DNA of 64,000 nt from positions 128,001-192,000 of the forward strand of contig OZ223481.1 in the NCBI GenBank assembly GCA_965140785.1, written 5' to 3'. Of this stretch, positions 29,480 to 38,461 are shown piece after piece. The notes below the pieces were generated by a model. That model had not been told where the DNA came from, searched no databases, and worked only from the letters and a program-made list of their open reading frames with translations. The stretch's first letter is position 1. Each line of letters starts with the position of its first letter. The translations under genes and the position numbers were made by a program. Source of the DNA: an uncultured Ruficoccus sp. GTDB lineage: Bacteria > Verrucomicrobiota > Verrucomicrobiia > Opitutales > Cerasicoccaceae.

Positions 29480-30616
29480 CTACAATTCCTCGAACAGGCC
29501 GACCCAGCGCCGCATCAACGGGGCACTGGAGTACTTCTCCCTTCCGCATGCCTGGGCGCGTTGCTGGCAGGCACGAAGTTCCTCGGGATGTGTCAAGATG
29601 TGCTCCAGGGTTGTGCGCAGGCCGTCCACATCACCCGGTTCGACGAGCCAGCCGCATTTTTCGGTTTCTACAATTCGGGCCAGATCGCTGCCCTTGGGGG
29701 CCACGGCCAGCACGGCCTGCCCAGCCACCAGGGCACTGTAAGTCCGCCCTGGCATGAGAATGTGCTCGGCCCCATGGCCGACGTTGATCAGCGCGATGTC
29801 GGCGCGGCGCATGGCGTCCGTCCACTGCTCGTTGTTGAGGTAGCCGCCGAGCGTGACCCACTCCGGGGGCGGGCCCACCGCCTGGCGCAGGTCGGCGTAA
29901 CCCTTGCCGCTGGCGTGGATATTTAAAAGACAACGCGAAGCAATGATCTCCCCTGGCTCTTTAATCAGCCCGATAAAGCTGGAGGGGTCGTGCATATAAC
30001 CCATGTTGCCGCAGTAGAGGATTTCTATTCTTTTCTCGGCCGAAGACTCCTCCGTGCGATCCGGAAAAGGTACTTCGCTCGCTCCCACATCGATGATGAC
30101 CGGGTGGGCCACCTCAGGGTTCTTTGCCATGACGTAATCCTGAAGCGTCTGGCCGAGGAAGACGTTCGCGTCGCTCTTTCGCAGGGTCCAGCCTTGCAGC
30201 CGGTCGAGCACCCGTGTGAAGAAGCTGTCTTTCCTCAGCATACCGGCATGCACCAGAGACTCGGGGAAGAGGTCGTAAACCAGATGCACGATCCGGTGCC
30301 GGCGGCCCCGCAGGAGAATCGCCAGCGCGGGCACGTAGAACGTATTGGTCGAGAAAACCATGATGCACGGCTCGCGGTCAAAAAGCATCCGTGCCGCCAC
30401 GTACAGGGGATAGACCACGTACATTTTCAGGCGCAACCACAGGTGAGCGAGACGACCGCCGCCCTTGAGGCGCCCGTATTCGAGATTGGACATGAGGTAA
30501 CGCTGCCGGGCTTCCCACCCTTCGGCATTCATCAGCTCAAGAATGCGTGGCGTACAGCCGACGAATTGACAATTCGTCCAGAACTCAACGCGGGGCGGTG
30601 CAGTTTTCTTTCTCAT
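29480..30616 (-). CDS. Glycosyltransferase family 4 (WcaI-like)
   Basis: HLVYDLFPE, YCGNMGYMH and MPGRTYSAL. Confidence 0.85.
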   Translation of the reverse strand: MRKKTAPPRVEFWTNCQFVGCTPRILELMNAEGWEARQRYLMSNLEYGRLKGGGRLAHLWLRLKMYVVYPLYVAARMLFDREPCIMVFSTNTFYVPALAILLRGRRHRIVHLVYDLFPESLVHAGMLRKDSFFTRVLDRLQGWTLRKSDANVFLGQTLQDYVMAKNPEVAHPVIIDVGASEVPFPDRTEESSAEKRIEILYCGNMGYMHDPSSFIGLIKEPGEIIASRCLLNIHASGKGYADLRQAVGPPPEWVTLGGYLNNEQWTDAMRRADIALINVGHGAEHILMPGRTYSALVAGQAVLAVAPKGSDLARIVETEKCGWLVEPGDVDGLRTTLEHILTHPEELRACQQRAQACGREKYSSAPLMRRWVGLFEEL

Positions 30617-30761
30617 GAGGGAGGCGGGAAATGGTGGACGATATCTCGAATCGGACAGAGCCGGAGGCAGAAATTCAAATAAGCGTATAACCTTACGGAT
30701 AAAATCGAATCAAACTAAAACCGGTGGTCGGAGTCCGGCCATTAGCCCGAAAGTGCCCCAA

Positions 30762-30923
30762 GCTCTGTCTTCAAATTACGGAACGAGCAGGAGAGCTGAT
30801 TTTTGAAGACAAAATTCAGGCTTCAAACCGAGGCGAATCAAGATTTGTCGAGGTGAGGACATGAACTTTGAAACAAAAAGCGGCGCAAAATGCGACATGA
30901 GATAATTTGAAGGCAGAGCCTAG
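30762..30923. repeat. ~160-bp palindromic element (MITE-like or structured RNA), copy 2
   Basis: 17-nt arms GCTCTGTCTTCAAATTA / TAATTTGAAGGCAGAGC followed by CTAG; interior motifs shared with 12543-12701. Confidence 0.85.
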
Positions 30924-30960
30924 CCTGCGAATTGGGCTGCCAGGCGAGGCATGGCACTCC

Positions 30961-31731
30961 TCAAGAGACAACCTGGCGGCGGCGATAGGCCGCCGGGGTC
31001 AGGCCGGTGTGCCGGCGGAACTGCACGCACAGCGCCGAGGCGTTGGAAAAACCGCAGTCGGCGGCCACCTGCTTGATGGGGTCGTTGGTCCCGGCGAGCT
31101 GGACGCGGGCCGCCTCGATCCGCCGCTCGATCAGGTGCTGGTGCGGGCTCTGCCCGAGCGCCTCCCGGAAGCACGCATGCAGGTGGGGGACCGACCATTG
31201 CGCGACTTCGGCCAGCGCCTCCATTCGCAGCGACTCGGCGTAGTGGTTTTCCAAATACGCCAGCACCCGCTGCAGTTCCGCCGCTAAGGCCTGCCGGGGC
31301 GCCTCGTGCAGGTATAGCTCCGCCTGAAGGCGCAAGCGCGACACGATGTAGTCACGCAAGACCGACCGCTCCAGCCGGTCGCTGGCGAAGAGCTGCACCG
31401 CCTCGTCCGCGAAGCGGCGGGCCGCGTCGAGATTCTGCCACCAGGTCAGGCGCGGCACCGGCCGGGGAGAGCCGTCCAAGACGCGGACCCGCAGAGACAG
31501 GCAGCGGTAGGGGTCCTCGAAGTCGCTGCGCCCGATCGTAGAGTCGCCGGGCTGATGCCAGAGAATCGCCCCGACCCGCACCTCGGTCCATTGCCCCTCG
31601 ATCTCCACCCATCCGCGACCACCGGTCACCAGTTCCAAGCAGTAGGTCCGAGGCAGGATTGGCTGGGACTTGGGGTGACGGCCAGGCGGTTGGTAGTAAT
31701 GCCCGACCCGGATAAGTTCACCCAGGCGCAT
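30961..31731 (-). CDS. AraC family transcriptional regulator
   Basis: N-terminal cupin-like domain; C-terminal LAEVAQWSVPHLHACFR...VAADCGFSNASALCVQFRRHTGLTP. Confidence 0.93.
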   Translation of the reverse strand: MRLGELIRVGHYYQPPGRHPKSQPILPRTYCLELVTGGRGWVEIEGQWTEVRVGAILWHQPGDSTIGRSDFEDPYRCLSLRVRVLDGSPRPVPRLTWWQNLDAARRFADEAVQLFASDRLERSVLRDYIVSRLRLQAELYLHEAPRQALAAELQRVLAYLENHYAESLRMEALAEVAQWSVPHLHACFREALGQSPHQHLIERRIEAARVQLAGTNDPIKQVAADCGFSNASALCVQFRRHTGLTPAAYRRRQVVS

Positions 31732-31843
31732 GACAGGCAGTACCGAGTTTTAAAAAACAAATCATAGTTTTTAATTATTATATATCGTTGAGTCTCGATG
31801 TTTAAAGGGGAAAATGCAGATTCAAGCTAATTTTTAAATACCC

Positions 31844-32911
31844 ATGAAAAACTCAGACAAAATTCGTTTCGGCTTCGTTGGCACCGGCCAGATCACTGCG
31901 TCGGCGGCCGGCCAGATCAATGCCCACCCCCACGGCGAAGTCGTCGCCGCCTTCGACACCAGCGAGGTGCGGGTCAAGGCGTTCTGCGAGAAGCACGCCA
32001 TCGAGAACCCCTGCACCAGTCTCGAGGCCCTGCTCGCCGACGACAAGGTGGACGCCCTCTATGTGGCCACGCCGAACAAGTTTCACGCCCCCACCGCTGA
32101 GGCGGCCCTCAAGGCGGGCAAACACGTCATCCTCGAAAAACCTTTCGCCATGAGCCTGGCCGAGGCCCAGTCCGCCGCCAAGCTGGCTAAGGAAACCGGG
32201 CTCACTCTGTCCGTCGGGATGAACCAGCGCTTCAACCCCGACTCGCAGAAGGTTAAGGCCCTCGTCGAGGCCGGTACGCTGGGTGAAATTTACCACGCCA
32301 AGGCCCACTGGCGCCGGCGTCAGGGTATCCCGAAGCTCGGCACGTGGTTCGTCAGCAAGGAATTGGCCGGGGGCGGCGCGCTCTACGACATCGGCGTGCA
32401 CATGCTCGACCTGGCCCTGTACTGCATGGGCAACTTCGAACCGGTCAGCGTCTCCGGCGTGACCTACAGTAAGTTCGGCTCCCGCGGCCTGGGCGAAGGC
32501 TCCTGGGGCATGTCCGACAAGAGCGACATCGCCTTCGACGTGGACGACTTCGCCAGCGCCTTTATCCGCCTGGCCAACGGCGCGACCGTCACCCTGGAAG
32601 CCGTCTGGGCCTGCCACACCCAGGAGGCCAACTGCAACAACGTGGAACTCTTCGGCACCGAGGCCGGCGCCACCGCCGTACCCGCCAAGCTGTTCCGCGC
32701 CTCCGAGCAAATCCCCGGCGCCTACGAGGTCATCGAAAACCTCCCGGCCCCCGAGGACACCGGCATGAGCAACCGCTTCACCAACTTCATCAACCACCTG
32801 CACGACGGCACCCCGCTGTGCTGCACCCTCGACCAGGCCCTGGCCGTGCAGAAGGTGCTCGACGGCATCGCCGAGTCCACCCGCACCGGCAAGGAAGTCT
32901 CCGTGGCCTAG
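31844..32911 (+). CDS. Gfo/Idh/MocA family oxidoreductase
   Basis: GFVGTG, VATPNKFH, GKHVILEKP and GGGALYDIGVH. Confidence 0.93.
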   Translation: MKNSDKIRFGFVGTGQITASAAGQINAHPHGEVVAAFDTSEVRVKAFCEKHAIENPCTSLEALLADDKVDALYVATPNKFHAPTAEAALKAGKHVILEKPFAMSLAEAQSAAKLAKETGLTLSVGMNQRFNPDSQKVKALVEAGTLGEIYHAKAHWRRRQGIPKLGTWFVSKELAGGGALYDIGVHMLDLALYCMGNFEPVSVSGVTYSKFGSRGLGEGSWGMSDKSDIAFDVDDFASAFIRLANGATVTLEAVWACHTQEANCNNVELFGTEAGATAVPAKLFRASEQIPGAYEVIENLPAPEDTGMSNRFTNFINHLHDGTPLCCTLDQALAVQKVLDGIAESTRTGKEVSVA

Positions 32912-32950
32912 GCCCCTCCCCCTCCTTAACCCTCCAATACGATTATTCCC

Positions 32951-33697
32951 ATGAGCCAAACCCTCCCGCTCGGAGTGCAGAGCTACTGCTTCCGCAACTT
33001 CAAGGACAACGCCGACGTCGCCGCCAAGGTGAAGGAAATCGGCCTCGACCGCATCGAAATCTGCCGTATCCACGCCGACTTTCAGGACCTGAACGCCTGG
33101 AAGGACACCGTCAAAATCTACCAGGACGCCGGGGTACAGATCGTCTCAATCGGCGTCGAGACGCTGGTCGGCGACCCCTCGGAGCGCGACCTGTTCGAGT
33201 GCGTCAAGCTCGCTGGCGCCAAGCACATTTCCGTCCACTTCAAAGTGGACAGCTACCCCAGGGCCATCGCTCAGGCCCGCACCCTGGCCCGCGAATACGG
33301 TGTCAAGGTCGGCATCCACTGCCACGGCGGCTACATGTTCGGCGGTCAGCCCGACGTACTGGAGCACCTGATCGCCCTGGGCACCCCCGAAATCGGCCTG
33401 TGCATGGACACCGCCTGGTGCATGCAGATCGGCCCCCGCCTGGGACAGCCGCTGGAGTGGCTGAAAAAGTACGAAGGCAAGCTCACGGGCGTCCATTTTA
33501 AGGACTTCGTCTTCGAAAAGAACGGCCAGTGGGTGGACACCGTCGTCGGCCAGGGAAATCTCGACCTGCCCGCCTACGTCGAACTCCTCAAGACCGCCAA
33601 CTACGACGGCATGGCCGTGATCGAGTATGAAGCTGACCCGGAAAACCCGGTCCCGGCCCTCAAAAACTGCGTCGAGCAGATGAAGAAAGTGCTCTAG
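32951..33697 (+). CDS. Sugar phosphate isomerase/epimerase (xylose-isomerase-like TIM barrel)
   Basis: GVQSYCFR, GIHCH, CMDTAW, HFKD, VGQGNLD and IEYE. Confidence 0.88.
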   Translation: MSQTLPLGVQSYCFRNFKDNADVAAKVKEIGLDRIEICRIHADFQDLNAWKDTVKIYQDAGVQIVSIGVETLVGDPSERDLFECVKLAGAKHISVHFKVDSYPRAIAQARTLAREYGVKVGIHCHGGYMFGGQPDVLEHLIALGTPEIGLCMDTAWCMQIGPRLGQPLEWLKKYEGKLTGVHFKDFVFEKNGQWVDTVVGQGNLDLPAYVELLKTANYDGMAVIEYEADPENPVPALKNCVEQMKKVL

Positions 33698-33734
33698 GCA
33701 ACACCAAGCCTCACACCATTTCCGCTTTCCCCAC

Positions 33735-33770
33735 AATAGCTCGTCCGCACCCGCGGGCGGGCTATTTTTA
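33735..33770 (+). terminator. Intrinsic terminator
   Basis: AATAGCTCGTCCGC-ACCC-GCGGGCGGGCTATT followed by a T run, after the epimerase stop. Confidence 0.75.
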
Positions 33771-33800
33771 TTCTGCTCCCAACGTCAATCCGGGCGGACG

Positions 33801-34685
33801 CTACTCCTTGCCCAGCCCCGTCACCTCAAGGATCTTGGCCCGATAGGAAGCGAGGTTGACCGACAGGGTGAGATTGCCAAAGCAGCCGGAGCCGATGATG
33901 TTTTCCTTGAGGCCCTCGGGCACGCCCACTCCCGGCTGCCCCGGATAGAGCCGGGCCACTGTCGCCATAATACCGGCCACTTCCCAGCCATCTGCCCCCT
34001 GCACAAACAACGCGCCGCCCGAATCGCGCGACACAGCCTGTGCCTCAAAGGCGGTTCGCTCGGCCGGATTGCCGGAGAAATCCGTCACCAACATATCGCC
34101 CATCTTCGGATTCTGAATGACCGCCGACATACGGTTCGTGCCCCAGCTCATCTTTCTCTGCATGGGCTGAGTGGTCAAAACTCCGGCCATGTTGGCCTGC
34201 TGCGGGCTGGATACCTCCGTCCAAGTCCACGGGTTGGTCGATTGATCGACGTGCCAGCCGGTCATGTGGTCCTGGGCGAGGAAGCCGGCCCCGATCATGA
34301 CAACCTCTGTGCCCGTCGTCGGCGTGGAGGACGCGATTGGCATCGAGGGCAGGTCCGGCTCATCCGTTAAGTGCAACAGCTTCAGCTCGGCATCTTTAAA
34401 GGTATAGATATCGTCGATAGCCTCTTCCCGAAGTAGGGTCTGTCCGTTGACGACGACCCGCTTTGGGTTAATATGCCGGGCCGTCAGCACCCAGCCGTTG
34501 CCCAGATAGACGCCCGCCCCGCCGGAGATTTCGAGCATATTGGCAAAGCCGGGATCGGCGGGCTGGCCGTCCTGGCCGGTCGGAGCGGTCAGATTGCCGC
34601 CGGGATTACCGCTGTTGAGGACCGCCTGGGAGAGCAGGGGCGCCCCCAGCAGGCTTAGTGAGATAAATAAAGTACGCAGTCTCAT
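33801..34685 (-). CDS. Secreted trypsin-like serine protease
   Basis: Signal peptide; [14 protein letters not shown] (catalytic His) and RDSGGALF (catalytic Ser). Confidence 0.78.
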   Translation of the reverse strand: MRLRTLFISLSLLGAPLLSQAVLNSGNPGGNLTAPTGQDGQPADPGFANMLEISGGAGVYLGNGWVLTARHINPKRVVVNGQTLLREEAIDDIYTFKDAELKLLHLTDEPDLPSMPIASSTPTTGTEVVMIGAGFLAQDHMTGWHVDQSTNPWTWTEVSSPQQANMAGVLTTQPMQRKMSWGTNRMSAVIQNPKMGDMLVTDFSGNPAERTAFEAQAVSRDSGGALFVQGADGWEVAGIMATVARLYPGQPGVGVPEGLKENIIGSGCFGNLTLSVNLASYRAKILEVTGLGKE

Positions 34686-34801
34686 CAATGCGTGACATAA
34701 CCACAAAAGATACCGTACGTAAACCCTTCGTTGCCCTTTCACCCGGAAAGCGGACGCCGGAGCGCCCTTGCCAGCGCGAGCGCAGCTGTCAGCATGGCGG
34801 C

Positions 34802-35134
34802 ATGTTCAGCTATCTGTTTCTCGTCATGGCCATCGTCGCCGAAGTCATCGCCACCTCCGCGCTGAAGATGACGCACCAGTTTACCCGGCTCGGCCCGAGT
34901 GTGGTCGTCATAGCGGGGTACGCGGTGGCGTTTTACTGCCTCAGCCACGTGCTCAAAACCATCCCCGTCGGCGTGGCCTACGCGATCTGGTCCGGCCTGG
35001 GCATCGTGCTGGTCACGGTGGTGGGCGCGTTCCTGTTCAAGCAGGTGCCCGACCTCGCCGCCATCATCGGCATGACCCTGATCGTGGCCGGGGTGCTCGT
35101 GATCAACCTGTTCTCGAAAACCGTGGCCCACTGA
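34802..35134 (+). CDS. SMR family small multidrug efflux transporter (EmrE/QacE-like)
   Basis: 110 aa with 4 TMs; [13 protein letters not shown] (membrane Glu) and [13 protein letters not shown]. Confidence 0.93.
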   Translation: MFSYLFLVMAIVAEVIATSALKMTHQFTRLGPSVVVIAGYAVAFYCLSHVLKTIPVGVAYAIWSGLGIVLVTVVGAFLFKQVPDLAAIIGMTLIVAGVLVINLFSKTVAH

Positions 35135-35194
35135 TGCCGCCTCGGCGAAGGTACAGTTCAAGGGCACATATTGTGAAACAACCCAGACACAAGT

Positions 35195-35297
35195 CGTCAT
35201 TCTGAGCGAAAGCAGCGAGTCGAAGGATGCCCTGGCAGGGACTTCACGAGCGCGCACAGAAGCCCCCTGACGAGAAGATCCTTCGGCCTGTCCTCAG
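35195..35297. repeat. CGTC-type REP-like palindrome between convergent genes
   Basis: CGTCATTCTGAGCGAA...GAAGGAT...ATCCTTCG...CTCAG. Confidence 0.55.
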
Positions 35298-35303
35298 CCG
35301 CCT

Positions 35304-37061
35304 TCACTTCACGCCCAAGTACTTCTTCACCTCTTTGAGCGGGCGAGTGTTGAGGATGTGCTTGGGCTCCAGCCAGCCCTTGCGGGCGACATAGACGCCG
35401 TTGCGGAAAAACTCGAGCTGGTCGGTGGCGTGGGCGTCGGGGTTGATGGAGCAAAGCAGGCCGCGCTCGGCGGCGTGGTGCCACAGCCGCCAGTCCATAT
35501 CGAGGCGCCAGGGATTGGCATTGAGCTCGATGATTTTGCCATTGGCCAGGGCGGCGTCGATGACCTTGGCCGCATCGACCGGGTAGCCCTCGCGCCGCAG
35601 CAACAGGCGGCCCGTCATGTGCCCGAGCATGGTGACGTGTTCGTTTTCCAGCGCCTTGACGAGGCGCTTCGTCATGGCCTTCTCGTCGTTGCTCATGCCC
35701 GCGTGGATGGAGGCCACCACGCAGTCCAGGCCCCTGAGCACCTCGTCGGGGAAGTCCAGCTTCCCGTCGGTTAAAATGTCCACCTCGCTCCCGGTAAAGA
35801 CCCAGGTCTTGAACTTGCCCGAGGCGTTGAGCTGGCCGATGGCCTCGACCTGGGCGGCGAGGCGGTCCTCGTCGAGCCCGTTGGCCTGGAAGCTAGAACG
35901 CGAATGGTCGGCGATGCCGAGATACTCGAAGCCCAGATCCTGCGCGGCCTGCACCATCTGCTCGAGCGAAGCCTTGCCATCGGAGGCGGTGGTGTGGTTG
36001 TGGAAAACGCCCAAAATGTCGCCGGACTCGACCAGCGCGGGCAGCTTGTCCTTCTCGGCGACCTCGATCTCGCCCCGGTCTTCGCGCAGTTCGGGGGGGA
36101 TGTAGGCGAGGTCGAGCTTTTTAAAAAGCTCCTGCTCGCCGTCAATGGGCTCGGGCTTGCGCTCGCTGGGCTTGGGACCGTCGTCCTTGCCTCCGCGCGT
36201 GTCCTCGGGAAACAGGCCCCACTCGGATAGGCTGAGGCCGCGCTCAAGGGCGCGCTGACGCATGCGCACGTTGTGGTCCTTGCTCCCGGTGAAGTGGTGC
36301 AGCGCGTAAAAGAACTGGGCCGGGGGCACGACGCGCAAGTCCGCCTGCAAGCCGCCCTCCAGGCGGATGGACGACTTCGTCTCGCCCTTGGCGGTAACCT
36401 CCACCACGCGGTCCTGTGAGGTAAACCACTCCATAATCGGGCCCGGTTCGGTCGCGGCCACGAGAAAGTCCAGATCGCCCACCGTCTCGCGCTTGCGCCG
36501 GAGGCTCCCGGCGGCCTCGGCCTCTTTGACCTGCTTGAGCTTGCGCAGCCCCTCCAGGATGGGGCGGGCGGCCTCCTCGGCATCGGCCCAACGGTGGCGG
36601 GCGGCGTAGGCTTCGCGGTTGGCGATCCCGGCGAGGAGCTTTTCCTGCGTTTTTTTCCCGAAACCCTCCAGCCCGGCTACCTTGTCTTCGCGGCAGGCAG
36701 TGGCGAGCTGGTCAATGCTCTCGACCCCGAGCTCGTCGTGAACTTTCTTGATCTTTTTCGGGCCCAGTCCGGGGATTTCCAGCATCTCGATCATGCCCGG
36801 CGGGACGGAGGCCTTGAGCTTGTCGTAGTACTCGAGCTTCCCCGTCTCGTGCAGGGTGGTGATCTTCTCCACCAGTGCCTTGCCAATGCCCTTGACCTCG
36901 CCCAGACGTTCCTCGGCGATGACCGTGCCGAGGTCCTCGTCGAGCGTTTCCAGCGCGCGGGCGCCGTTCTGGTAGGCACGGACTTTAAAGGTATTTTCGC
37001 CCTTGAGCTCCAGCAGTTCGGCGATGTCTTCGAGGATCTCGACAATGGCGGATTTTTCCAT
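35304..37061 (-). CDS. polX: DNA polymerase X / PHP 3'-5' exonuclease
   Basis: GENTFKVRAY, GSLRR.RETVGDLD, QADLR, HFTGSKDHN, IPPELRE, HNHTTASDG and NPDAH. Confidence 0.95.
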   Translation of the reverse strand: MEKSAIVEILEDIAELLELKGENTFKVRAYQNGARALETLDEDLGTVIAEERLGEVKGIGKALVEKITTLHETGKLEYYDKLKASVPPGMIEMLEIPGLGPKKIKKVHDELGVESIDQLATACREDKVAGLEGFGKKTQEKLLAGIANREAYAARHRWADAEEAARPILEGLRKLKQVKEAEAAGSLRRKRETVGDLDFLVAATEPGPIMEWFTSQDRVVEVTAKGETKSSIRLEGGLQADLRVVPPAQFFYALHHFTGSKDHNVRMRQRALERGLSLSEWGLFPEDTRGGKDDGPKPSERKPEPIDGEQELFKKLDLAYIPPELREDRGEIEVAEKDKLPALVESGDILGVFHNHTTASDGKASLEQMVQAAQDLGFEYLGIADHSRSSFQANGLDEDRLAAQVEAIGQLNASGKFKTWVFTGSEVDILTDGKLDFPDEVLRGLDCVVASIHAGMSNDEKAMTKRLVKALENEHVTMLGHMTGRLLLRREGYPVDAAKVIDAALANGKIIELNANPWRLDMDWRLWHHAAERGLLCSINPDAHATDQLEFFRNGVYVARKGWLEPKHILNTRPLKEVKKYLGVK

Positions 37062-37133
37062 GCCTAGAGCATGAATATTAATCCGCTTTACGCAAGCATC
37101 CGGCCAGAGATATAGTGCCAACTCCATCAACGA

Positions 37134-37406
37134 ATGGATAAAATCGAATTAATCGCAAAATTGCACCAAGCTCATGCCATGGTCTCACAATACCGTGGTG
37201 GGTATTCGGGTGAATTTCTAGACGCGCAAGAATTTGCATCCGCGCTTGCGAAGGCTACCCAGTCCATAGAGAACGGTGAGCGCACAAATATCCAGGACTT
37301 GCTGGGATGGTTTGCTCCGACCTGTGCATGGGATGATTTCGCGGGCAGCGAAGGCATCCCTCTGGGCAATGAGATTTACTCCGCTTTAAAAATACTGAAG
37401 AAATGA
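37134..37406 (+). CDS. Hypothetical 90-aa protein (AT-rich)
   Basis: Clean ORF with ATGA overlap onto fcl; contains GYSGEF and [11 protein letters not shown]. Confidence 0.7.
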   Translation: MDKIELIAKLHQAHAMVSQYRGGYSGEFLDAQEFASALAKATQSIENGERTNIQDLLGWFAPTCAWDDFAGSEGIPLGNEIYSALKILKK

Positions 37407-38350
37407 CTCCCTCGACAAAGATCTTCCTTTCCGGGCACCGCGGCATGGTCGGTAGTGCCATCCACCGGGCGCTGCTGGCTCAGGGCCACGAGAACTTCCT
37501 CCTGCGCACGCATGCCGAGCTCGACCTGTGCGACGCGGTGGCGGTCGAAGCCACCCTGGCGGCGGAGAAGCCCGAGATGGTCATCGTGGCGGCGGCCCGC
37601 GTGGGCGGCATTCACGCCAACAACACCTACCCGGCCGAGTTCATCCACGAGAACCTGGCCAGCGCTCACAACATGATCCATTTTTCCTGGAAACACGGGG
37701 TCAAGCGCCTGCTCTTTTTAGGCAGTTCGTGCATTTATCCGCGCGAAGCGCCCCAGCCCATGACCGAGGACTGCCTGCTGAGCGGCCCGCTCGAACCCAC
37801 CAACGAGCCCTACGCCATCGCCAAGATCACCGGCCTCAAGCTCTGCCAGTACTACCGCAAACAGTACGGGGTGCTTTACCACTCGGGCATGCCGACCAAT
37901 CTCTACGGCCCCGGCGACAATTACCACCCGGAGAACTCCCACGTCTTGCCCGCCCTGCTGCGGCGCTTTCACGAGGCGGTCGAGTCCGGCGCGCCCTCCG
38001 TCACCCTCTGGGGCACGGGTAGCCCGCAACGGGAGTTCCTGCATGTGGACGACCTCGCCGCCGGCGCCCTCCACCTGCTCAACCTCGACAACCCGCCCGA
38101 CTGGGTCAACATCGGCTACGGCTCCGACGTCACGATCAAGGAAGTGGCCGAGATCATCAAGGACGTAACCGGCTACCAGGGCGAACTCAAGTGGGACACC
38201 TCCCGCCCCGACGGCACCCCCCGCAAGCTCATGGACAGCTCCACCATCCGCTCAACCGGCTGGGAGCCCAAGATCGGCCTGCGCGAAGGCATCGAAAAGA
38301 CCTACGCGAGCTTTAAGGAAGAGCTGGCGAAAGGGACGGTGCGGGGCTAG
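37403..38350 (+). CDS. fcl: GDP-L-fucose synthase
   Basis: [44 protein letters not shown] and REFLHVDD. Confidence 0.96.
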   Translation: MTPSTKIFLSGHRGMVGSAIHRALLAQGHENFLLRTHAELDLCDAVAVEATLAAEKPEMVIVAAARVGGIHANNTYPAEFIHENLASAHNMIHFSWKHGVKRLLFLGSSCIYPREAPQPMTEDCLLSGPLEPTNEPYAIAKITGLKLCQYYRKQYGVLYHSGMPTNLYGPGDNYHPENSHVLPALLRRFHEAVESGAPSVTLWGTGSPQREFLHVDDLAAGALHLLNLDNPPDWVNIGYGSDVTIKEVAEIIKDVTGYQGELKWDTSRPDGTPRKLMDSSTIRSTGWEPKIGLREGIEKTYASFKEELAKGTVRG

Positions 38351-38380
38351 TTTTCCCGACATACGCAGCCCTTCCTGGCC

Positions 38381-38446
38381 ATGGCATTTCCCCAAGAAAT
38401 GCCATCCGTGATCCGCAGGGATCACAGGTGCAGGACTCTGTCCTGC
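38381..38446. repeat. Hairpin repeat family C, between convergent fcl and kdsB
   Basis: 38408-38437 is the reverse complement of 60532-60560 apart from one extra base; related to 44220-44255. Confidence 0.75.
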
Positions 38447-38461
38447 TGTCCCGGTGGCGTG

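Noticed and set aside
34740..34801. Possible guanidine riboswitch upstream of the SMR gene
   Set aside because: No paired ACGR-tetraloop hairpins or class I/III consensus is visible, and the protein looks EmrE/Qac-like rather than Gdx-like.
35304..37061. PolX as a catalytically dead variant or part of a defence system
   Set aside because: The GDLD and ADLR acidic residues are intact, and there are no defence-type neighbours.
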